Shown piece after piece: positions 8,509 to 15,738 of a stretch of 26,309 nucleotides of DNA. This DNA is from a virus (taxonomy: Duplodnaviria > Caudoviricetes): positions 1 through 26,309 of IMG/VR virus record IMGVR_UViG_3300048576_000188; one strand, written 5' to 3'. The position numbers and the translations under genes are program-made. Each line of letters opens with the position of its first letter. The stretch's first letter is position 1. The notes below the pieces were generated by a model. That model was given only the letters and a program-made list of their open reading frames with translations. It was not told where the DNA came from and did no database searches.

Positions 8509-11406
8509 TTACTGGCCTCCTGTAAGCAGCTTGCGCCGCGCGATTTCGTCCATGATCAAGCCCACCAGCTCCTGCGCCTGCTGCTGGTTGTCTTTCCCCT
8601 GGCCCTGCACGACTATGTTGCCGAATGTGAATTGATTCGGCCGCCCTGAACCGCCGGCCGCTACCGCGGCAGCGACTATTTCCTTGAGCTGCGCCTCTGA
8701 AACGCCATACCCCTGAGCTGCGGCCGCTGCCGGCGCGACAGACTGAGCGCCTCTCGCAAACCCGGAGCCTCCCGAAGAAGTGTTGCCGCCGATGACGTTA
8801 CCGTTTGCGTCATAATTAGTGTATGAGCTGAGCCCGGATCCTGCCGACCCATCGAGCGACATTTTCTTTGCGAGCATGTCGCTCAATTGCGTGTCGAGCT
8901 CGCGGAGCTTTTCCGACGCCGCGCTGGTTGAGAGCTTGAGCTCGTGGGCCTCTTTGAGTATGTCGTCTATGCCCTTCAGCTTCGTCTCGATATTGGTCAG
9001 TTCCGTCTGGATCTCTTCGCAGGCAGAGAGGGCCAGAGACTTCCACTTTTCCCAGGCGGCGGTTTCATCATCCTTGGTTTTGCGTATCCTGTCCGCGTCG
9101 TTGATGAGGCTCTTGTATTTTTCCTGCACCTGGCGCACATCGAAGTCCTCAAACGTGCCGAAGGCGTTCACGTTGCCCTTGTACTTGTCCATGAACTGCT
9201 CTGCGGTGCGCATAGCCTTTTCTATTGCGTCGATATCGCCGGAAAGCCCGGCCGACGACATTGTGTCCTGCAGCTTTTTATATGCCCCTGAGCGCGCCTG
9301 AGCCGGTGAGAGCGACGCTTCCTGCAGCTTTGCCAGGTAGTCGCGGCCGGACTGCGCCACTTCCGACGCTTTTTTTGCAGCCTCGGAGGCGGCGCTGGCC
9401 TTCTCGGCCGCGTAGTCGTAGACCTGGGTCCAGTAATCCTTCCACTTCGTGAGGTTGTCTTTCTGCTTTTCGAGCTCTTCCTTCATATACTTTGCGCGGA
9501 TATCAAGGCAATCCTTGGCGTATTTCTCTACGATCATTTTTTTGCGGTCTTCATTGTCGCTGAACTTCGAGCGGTTATCTTCGATCGCATTGGCATACTT
9601 AACCCCAGCCTCGGCGAGGTCCTTATCTATGCCATACAAAAGAGACACCCTGAGTTCATCCAGGGATTTTTCCAGTTCCAATGCCTGCTTCTCTGAGATA
9701 AAGTTCAGGGCCTGTTGCTTCTGATCATCAAGATATTTTTGATTTTTTATCGTCGTTCCGAGCTTCCTGTATTCTTCGTCGAGCTGCATTACCTCTTTCT
9801 GCTGTTCTGAAAGCAATGGGTTCATCATCTGAGTTTTGAAAGACAGCTCGTTCATGGCTTCAATCTCTTTTATCGAGGCCTCAGTTTTCTGCTTCATCAC
9901 CCGAGCAGTGTTCATCCATTGCTGTTTTTCATTGTCGAAATAGATCTGCCCGGCATCCTTCATACGCTGGAAGTTTTCTCGTATTTCTTTAGAGGATCGT
10001 CCGCTTACCCCTAAATCTTGCATCCGTTTGTCATAGTTAGGTTGCCAGGAATTCACATAGTCTTGCTGTTCCTTCGTTTCCTTCATTACCTTATTGAGAC
10101 CGCTGAATTCATCACGCACCCACCAGATTCCCTTCACGAGACCATAGCAGCCCAGGGCCGCCACGCCCAATACACCGGCCATGCCCGCAGCTCCGAGAGC
10201 TCCGACCGATACGGCGCCGAGCCCTTTTATGGCAGTGGCCGCAACCCCGATTTTTGCGCCGATACCGCTGAACATTCCCTTTATCCCACCAGCCGCGCCC
10301 GCAACAGACACACCGCTGATTGCGGCAGGTATCGCTTTTATTGACTCCCCGAGCCTTGCAAATGTAGGGAATAGCGCCGCCAAGCTGCTTGTCGTTTGCG
10401 CAGCTCCCATGGCAACGAGGGTTTGCGTTGCAACCCTGGACACAGCGGCCAAGTCCATGAGGTTACTGATAGTCTGCACGATCTTAAACGAACCGAGCGC
10501 AGTTGACGCGCCTTTAATTGCGGTCGCCAGTGAACTGAAAAGCGCCGGGGCTGTAACCAGCGCTGCCGCGCCAAGGGCGATAGAGATCGCGTCGATATTT
10601 TCCTTTATATATTCATAGGCTGCGACGGGTATTTCCGCTACACGCTTCAAAGCGTCTATAGCAGGCTCAGCGGCTTCCTTCACTGCGAAGTATGCCATTA
10701 CAAGCTCTTGGCCTATCTTCTTTTTCAGCCCTTCTATGGTCGCCTGCCCTTTTTGTATCTTTTCCGCGGCTGTGAGCGTTATATCTCCCATATTTTGCAT
10801 CTGCCGCTTACCCTCAGAGATAGCCGCATCGGCAAGGGCTTGTGATTGCTGCATTTCGTCGAGCGCGTCCTTGCTCACTCCGACCTTTTTCGCAAACGCA
10901 GTGAATGCCTTTTCCTGGTCGATCACAATGCCCAGTGATTTCAGCGCGCGTGTAGTCTGGTTTGCGGTCGCATTGGTTATCATGTCGAAGGCTTCCTTCA
11001 CACTGACGCCTGCGACTCGCGCAGACGCGCGGGCGACTTCCAGCAGCTGGACGATCTGGTTTTCAGACAGCCCCTGTTGTAATCCCTTTACGGCCCTTTG
11101 CTGCAGAGAGGTCTCTCCGATGATGCCGGCCGAAACCTCTTTCATCTTCGCAAGCATGCTATCAGCGCTTATCCCGTATGAGGACGCCACAGCCCGGAAC
11201 GATTCAGCTGTCTGCAATGCATCCGCGCCGATCTTTGCCGTAGATATCGCTTTTGTTATGGTGCCCCACGCGCCCAGTATTGCCGCGCTGGCAGCAACCC
11301 AGTGCTCCTTCAGCGTATCGGCGACGGATCTAACCTTATCCATTGCCTTGGTTATAATGCCTGAGGATCGGTCGTTTGCGTTCAGTTCTATCTTGACTTC
11401 AGCCAT
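8509..11406 (-). CDS. Tail tape measure protein (965 aa)
   Basis: N-terminus MAEVKIELNANDRSSGII; long Ala/Gly-rich helical and coiled-coil regions; follows the tail chaperones. Confidence 0.92.
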   Translation of the reverse strand: MAEVKIELNANDRSSGIITKAMDKVRSVADTLKEHWVAASAAILGAWGTITKAISTAKIGADALQTAESFRAVASSYGISADSMLAKMKEVSAGIIGETSLQQRAVKGLQQGLSENQIVQLLEVARASARVAGVSVKEAFDMITNATANQTTRALKSLGIVIDQEKAFTAFAKKVGVSKDALDEMQQSQALADAAISEGKRQMQNMGDITLTAAEKIQKGQATIEGLKKKIGQELVMAYFAVKEAAEPAIDALKRVAEIPVAAYEYIKENIDAISIALGAAALVTAPALFSSLATAIKGASTALGSFKIVQTISNLMDLAAVSRVATQTLVAMGAAQTTSSLAALFPTFARLGESIKAIPAAISGVSVAGAAGGIKGMFSGIGAKIGVAATAIKGLGAVSVGALGAAGMAGVLGVAALGCYGLVKGIWWVRDEFSGLNKVMKETKEQQDYVNSWQPNYDKRMQDLGVSGRSSKEIRENFQRMKDAGQIYFDNEKQQWMNTARVMKQKTEASIKEIEAMNELSFKTQMMNPLLSEQQKEVMQLDEEYRKLGTTIKNQKYLDDQKQQALNFISEKQALELEKSLDELRVSLLYGIDKDLAEAGVKYANAIEDNRSKFSDNEDRKKMIVEKYAKDCLDIRAKYMKEELEKQKDNLTKWKDYWTQVYDYAAEKASAASEAAKKASEVAQSGRDYLAKLQEASLSPAQARSGAYKKLQDTMSSAGLSGDIDAIEKAMRTAEQFMDKYKGNVNAFGTFEDFDVRQVQEKYKSLINDADRIRKTKDDETAAWEKWKSLALSACEEIQTELTNIETKLKGIDDILKEAHELKLSTSAASEKLRELDTQLSDMLAKKMSLDGSAGSGLSSYTNYDANGNVIGGNTSSGGSGFARGAQSVAPAAAAAQGYGVSEAQLKEIVAAAVAAGGSGRPNQFTFGNIVVQGQGKDNQQQAQELVGLIMDEIARRKLLTGGQ

Positions 11407-11448
11407 TTTTACCCTTATAATTTGTTTATGATCAAAGTATTCTTAAAA

Positions 11449-11784
11449 TTATACATCCTTGGCATTATCGCCGCCGTCCTGTTGCTCATGATTCTCACGT
11501 AATTCTTTTGTTACCCCGTCTACCACCGCCAGCATCTCCAAATCGAATAAATCTGCGTTATACAGCCTGAGGATCGTCCCTGCGTCCACCAGGCCTTTCA
11601 GTCCCAGTAGCCGCGCTCTTATTTCAAGCGCTCTTTGACCGGCCGGGCCCGGGTCGGGGACCCTACAGGCCCCGTCCCAGCACTCCGGTTCTATCCCGTC
11701 CAACTCATAATCTTGTGTGCATGCCTCGCAGCTTACGCCCGGGTAATCGTACTGTGCCCGGAGGTAAGCTATCAGGCGTTTTTT
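11449..11784 (-). CDS. C-terminal (T) part of the tail assembly chaperone G-T frameshift product
   Basis: The -1 frame is open from the slippery site (11778-11784) through RLIAYLRAQYDYPGVSCEACTQDYEL into the listed 84-aa ORF 11449..11703. Confidence 0.8.
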   Translation of the reverse strand, partial: KKRLIAYLRAQYDYPGVSCEACTQDYELDGIEPECWDGACRVPDPGPAGQRALEIRARLLGLKGLVDAGTILRLYNADLFDLEMLAVVDGVTKELRENHEQQDGGDNAKDV

Positions 11785-12143
11785 GAGTCCTCAATGTCCT
11801 CCTCAATAAAGGCGTCTTCGTTCAGACAGTTCTTATTGACAAAGGCGCTGAAATCAGTGTTCCGGGTCATCAGGGTGTCGAGATTCTCCTGATCAAACTG
11901 GAAAGGGATCCCTTTTACCATGAAGCCGGGATGCTCATGATCGTCCGTCTTGCGCCAGCCCTTTACGGCCGCGCGGCCGAGAAGCTTGTCGCCCATCTCC
12001 CCGGCGCGTTTCCCGGCCTTCGCTGCCTTCTGATTGATCTGTCTCACCTGCTCCTTCGACAGCAGCTCTATACAAACCTCTGTGTCCTCGTCATACGGCA
12101 ACCACTTGCGCCTTCCTTCTTCGTAAAGCCCTATTTCAGCCAT
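11772..12143 (-). CDS. Tail assembly chaperone (gpG-like, 123 aa)
   Basis: Between tube and TMP; AVKGWR motif; ends ...DSKNA with slippery A AAA AAC; strong AAGGAGG RBS. Confidence 0.85.
   Translation of the reverse strand: MAEIGLYEEGRRKWLPYDEDTEVCIELLSKEQVRQINQKAAKAGKRAGEMGDKLLGRAAVKGWRKTDDHEHPGFMVKGIPFQFDQENLDTLMTRNTDFSAFVNKNCLNEDAFIEEDIEDSKNA
11778..11784 (-). other. Programmed -1 ribosomal frameshift heptamer A AAA AAC
   Basis: X XXY YYZ in the correct phase (TCA AAA AAC GCC TGA) at the end of the chaperone gene. Confidence 0.85.
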
Positions 12144-12177
12144 CTCTCCTCCTTATATCTCCCGGCGCGACGCGCCG

Positions 12178-13218
12178 TTACGCCAATACGTTCGTCGACT
12201 TCTGATTGATTACGCTGAGCAGGAACGGCTTGACAATGCCGGTCATGCCTGTGGGCGCGGTTGCGCAGGCCAGGCATTTGAACTCTACCTCTTCAGGTAT
12301 TATCCCGTTCTCAGTTGCGTCCTCGACATTTGAGATCTTCATGTTGGGGAACTGCAGCTTGAAGGTCCTGTAAAACGTACTCGCAATGAGGTTCCCCGTG
12401 AATGTTATGTCGAGCTTTTTGAGGACCTTTGAGTTCCAGTCGGTGAAATTCGTCACGGCTGAATACCTCGGGAACTTCAGGTTCAGCGTCACCTCAGGGA
12501 GGCCGTTATTGGTCGGCTCATCGATGATGTCAAAGGACCCCCCGGCCCCATAAACGCCCTCCATGGGCAGCTTCACGGCGAGGTCGAAGGACTTGGGGTA
12601 TACCTTGTCGGAATCGGTCAGTGCCGCGCCGCTCTGGCTATTGATCCTGAAAACTCCCTGGTTGAAGAGCACACGGTTCGCTATTTCAGGTATCGTCACA
12701 TTGTTGAAGGTCGTGAGCGTATTGACCAGACTGCTCTTCGAGATGCTTGTCAGGAGCCAGTTGCACGTTAGCTTCACGGGCTGGCCGACCTCGCCGCTCA
12801 ACGTCGCGCCGATCAACTTAGCCGAGGCTACCTCTTTTATATTGACCTTCTGGTTCAGGGCGATAGTCGCGAACAGTCCGTCCCTGTTTGTTGTGAAAGG
12901 GAATGACTGCGCATATGCGGTCGTAGACGACTGCTGCGTCGGGACACCGGCCGTTGAGCCGCAGAGCAGGGCAAAGAGCAGATCCAGCCCATCGTACCTG
13001 AGATAATGCGGCGTGTCGCCCGAGGCCGATATTGCGCCGGAATCTGAATCCGCTGCCCAGTAATTCCCCAGACTGTCGTCCGGCTTTTCCTCCCTTGTCT
13101 GTTTGAGGCTGTCGGGCAGGAACAATAACCCGTCGCCCGCGCCGCATGCGACCGCCGTGGCCCACGTCGCGGCCTTCTTTATGGCCAGTTTGTATTCGAC
13201 TCCAGACACTCCTGACAT
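12178..13218 (-). CDS. Major tail tube protein (346 aa)
   Basis: Beta-rich; position between tail terminator and chaperone; motifs AISASGD, FKLQFPNMKI, EEVEFKCL typical of siphovirus tubes. Confidence 0.8.
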   Translation of the reverse strand: MSGVSGVEYKLAIKKAATWATAVACGAGDGLLFLPDSLKQTREEKPDDSLGNYWAADSDSGAISASGDTPHYLRYDGLDLLFALLCGSTAGVPTQQSSTTAYAQSFPFTTNRDGLFATIALNQKVNIKEVASAKLIGATLSGEVGQPVKLTCNWLLTSISKSSLVNTLTTFNNVTIPEIANRVLFNQGVFRINSQSGAALTDSDKVYPKSFDLAVKLPMEGVYGAGGSFDIIDEPTNNGLPEVTLNLKFPRYSAVTNFTDWNSKVLKKLDITFTGNLIASTFYRTFKLQFPNMKISNVEDATENGIIPEEVEFKCLACATAPTGMTGIVKPFLLSVINQKSTNVLA

Positions 13219-13220
13219 AC

Positions 13221-13451
13221 TTAAGCCTCCTCTCGGGACGCCGGTTCCTTGACTCCGGCGTCGGTTTCTTCTTCAACCTGTTTCTGAATGCCCAGCTCCT
13301 CGTCGGTCGGGGTCCATCCGACCGGCTCCATGATCTGGTAGCCGAAGTGCGCGCGGTCGATATCGTATACCTCACCCATTACGAGCCCGATACCCGACAC
13401 GGCATGTATGCCTGTCACCTTTGCCCTGATCTTTACTGTTTCCTTAGCCAT
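13221..13451 (-). CDS. Small hypothetical virion-associated protein (76 aa)
   Basis: GGAGG RBS; tightly packed in the operon; acidic C-terminus. Confidence 0.65.
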   Translation of the reverse strand: MAKETVKIRAKVTGIHAVSGIGLVMGEVYDIDRAHFGYQIMEPVGWTPTDEELGIQKQVEEETDAGVKEPASREEA

Positions 13452-13467
13452 ATTGCCTCCTGTTTTT

Positions 13468-13914
13468 TTAGTTATTCAGCTCCTGCGCCGGCAGCGACAA
13501 TTCGCAGTAGTGGCAAAGCACACCGGCGAAACTCCGCGTATCTATGATATCGGCGCTTACCGGACCTGCCATCTCACATAGACCTCCAAGCGTGAAATCG
13601 AGTCTGAAAGCCTCCCTTACAGCCTCTATCAGCGCGTTGAATAATTTCTCCGTTGCGTCCTGGTCCTTCACTCCCATGTAGCCGCGGATGACGAATGTAT
13701 GCTTCGTCGTCTCTTCGGCATTGCTGTCATAGCTTGCCGGAGCATTGCGTCTGCAGATCTCCCAGCCGAGAATACGTTTTGATGTGGCGTCATGGAAGTA
13801 AGAAATAAACTGCCCCCAGTCCGCGTTCCACCGTTCGTAATCGTAGACCTTGCCGATCCCTGAGACCGCCGAAAGTTTTTCGTAAATCTTGGCTCTGATA
13901 GCCGCCTCGCTCAA
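13468..13914 (-). CDS. Tail terminator / tail completion protein (148 aa)
   Basis: Synteny; motif LIEAVREAFRLDFTLGG...LCHYCEL typical of tail-completion proteins; TTGA overlap. Confidence 0.65.
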   Translation of the reverse strand: MSEAAIRAKIYEKLSAVSGIGKVYDYERWNADWGQFISYFHDATSKRILGWEICRRNAPASYDSNAEETTKHTFVIRGYMGVKDQDATEKLFNALIEAVREAFRLDFTLGGLCEMAGPVSADIIDTRSFAGVLCHYCELSLPAQELNN

Positions 13915-14411
13915 TTCAGCCTCCTTGCTATATTGAATCCCCGCTTGTCGAAAATATTCGTCAGCGTGGGCATGCCTTCTTCAAACGCCTTTTGAAACAT
14001 CTGCGCGCCCTCGAATCCGCGCAGCGCGATCTTTCGCCTTATCACATACTCGATGCCCTTCGCCTCTGTTTCCGACATGCCCAGCTTCACCTGGATCCAG
14101 CGGATCAGCGACCCCTCGGGAGGCATGGCCTTGCCTGCGGTCCTCCCTTTTTCGATAACGTCGCCATACGCGCTCTGATGCCCTACAATGCCGCGAATTA
14201 TGCCGACGCCTCTGTCGATCACCTCACCGTGAATCGTTGAAAGCAGGCCGCCTTTAGCGCCGTAAACCCCTTGAGGGGTCCCGCTCTTTACCTTGCGCTC
14301 CAGGAACATCGTTGCTTCATACATCGCCCCCAGGAGCTCCTCGCGGATAACCTCCTCTGTCTTGCCGTCAAACACCCCGCCCTTGCGGGTAATGGATACC
14401 TTTAACTCCAT
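13911..14411 (-). CDS. Neck protein, HK97 gp10 / Mu gpG-like (166 aa)
   Basis: Motifs YGDVIEKGR, MPP..SLIRW, RKIALRGFEGAQMFQKAF. Confidence 0.75.
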   Translation of the reverse strand: MELKVSITRKGGVFDGKTEEVIREELLGAMYEATMFLERKVKSGTPQGVYGAKGGLLSTIHGEVIDRGVGIIRGIVGHQSAYGDVIEKGRTAGKAMPPEGSLIRWIQVKLGMSETEAKGIEYVIRRKIALRGFEGAQMFQKAFEEGMPTLTNIFDKRGFNIARRLN

Positions 14412-15097
14412 CAGCGGCTTCTCCTCGAGTAGCGGTGATGAGTCAGTCTCTCATATCCACCTGGATATTTTTCATCGAGATCCTTCACTGCCGTCGCCGG
14501 CGGCAGAGTGTCGCCATCCTTGAGGCCCAGGGCTTCGTTGTAGATCTGTAGATGCCGCTTTGCCCTGGCCGCGAACTCCTGCGCTTTCGTGCGATGATTT
14601 ACAGAGTCAGCGTTTATTGTCGGATCGTTTGAATGAGCGAACGAATTCGCGAGCTCCTCGAGACACAGCGAGGCGGCAAGATTGCAGAAGGCGTCTTCAT
14701 CCTGAGCAGGCACGGTTATGGCGCTGCGAGGGATAGTGAAAGTCACGCGGAAAGAAGCGCCCGTTGACGGCTCTTCTTCCAGCAGTCTCAACTTGAGACC
14801 GGCGGGAGTCCTGTAGAGCTCATAGGTGTCGGGATCCAGATATGCCGCAGGCGTTTCGCCAATGGGGAATTCAATTGACAGTATCGCGCTGAATTCCTCG
14901 ACCCATCCGGTCGGCAGCGCGTACTGCGCCGAACCGTCACCTGTCACATCGGCGGACACCTCGGCGGGCCTGCTCTTCGAATACCTGGTGAGAGCCGCGC
15001 CGATATTCCTTTCGTAATCGGTCGGGTCGACCAGCAGCCCTGAATTGTCCCTCACTATCGAAACAACCTTTGTCCTCAGCCCGGCAAGAACGCTCAT
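14411..15097 (-). CDS. Head-tail adaptor/connector protein (228 aa)
   Basis: Position after head genes; helical N- and C-terminal segments with a beta insert, as in adaptors; purine-rich RBS (GAGG). Confidence 0.6.
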   Translation of the reverse strand: MSVLAGLRTKVVSIVRDNSGLLVDPTDYERNIGAALTRYSKSRPAEVSADVTGDGSAQYALPTGWVEEFSAILSIEFPIGETPAAYLDPDTYELYRTPAGLKLRLLEEEPSTGASFRVTFTIPRSAITVPAQDEDAFCNLAASLCLEELANSFAHSNDPTINADSVNHRTKAQEFAARAKRHLQIYNEALGLKDGDTLPPATAVKDLDEKYPGGYERLTHHRYSRRSR

Positions 15098-15137
15098 CTT
15101 CCTCTTTCTCCTTTCCTTATTCCCGCCTGTTCAACGC

Positions 15138-15163
15138 TGCCCTCTCCCCTGGAGAAGAGGGCA
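15138..15163. other. Intergenic stem-loop TGCCCTCT-N10-AGAGGGCA
   Basis: 8-bp perfect inverted repeat between the 162-aa gene and the adaptor gene. Confidence 0.5.
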
Positions 15164-15191
15164 CGATAAAACAGGAAAGACAGACGTCAGT

Positions 15192-15680
15192 CTACAGCCT
15201 TTTCAGCACAAGCAGCACGGTAATATCCGAGACGGTAGGAGACGTGCCTCCGATCGTTGCGATAATGGATACCGTCGCCTCATCGGTTATATTCGGAGCC
15301 GTTGCAAGCGTACCTTCATAGACAGTGTTTGACGCGGCTATCGAGATCGGCGAACTTAGCACGGATGTCGAGCCCTGCTGCACATCGAGGGTGTAAGTCT
15401 CGTCCGTCGCGGAAGTCTTGATCGTTCGCGCATATGCGGACACCCCGACAACGCGATACGGCCAGGGAGCCTTGAACTTTACAGGCGTGGCAGTGGCAGT
15501 GAGAGGCCCGGGGATATACACGGGCACAATCTGATATCCGGGACTCGCGGTCGACGGATTCCCGGTTGCCGCAGACGCAATAGAAAGGAGAGAAGCGGAC
15601 AGAGCAAAAAACATGAGGACAGCCAGCAGACACATCAGCTTTGTGATGGTAGAGCGACTCTTTAGTGCAAATTCAAACAT
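15192..15680 (-). CDS. Putative capsid decoration/cement-like beta protein (162 aa) with N-terminal signal peptide
   Basis: Directly after the capsid gene; strong AAGGAGG RBS; basic n-region, hydrophobic LMCLLAVLMFFALSASLL, ASA|A cleavage motif, then an all-beta domain. Confidence 0.65.
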   Translation of the reverse strand: MFEFALKSRSTITKLMCLLAVLMFFALSASLLSIASAATGNPSTASPGYQIVPVYIPGPLTATATPVKFKAPWPYRVVGVSAYARTIKTSATDETYTLDVQQGSTSVLSSPISIAASNTVYEGTLATAPNITDEATVSIIATIGGTSPTVSDITVLLVLKRL

Positions 15681-15700
15681 AATTTAATCCTCCTTTTATA

Positions 15701-15728
15701 GGGGGGGCGGCCTGAGGGCCGCTCCCCC
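15701..15728 (-). terminator. GC-rich stem-loop after the capsid gene (mRNA stabiliser or partial terminator)
   Basis: GGGGGGCGGCC-TGAG-GGCCGCTCCCC; lacks a good U-tract. Confidence 0.5.
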
Positions 15729-15738
15729 GTCACATTCG

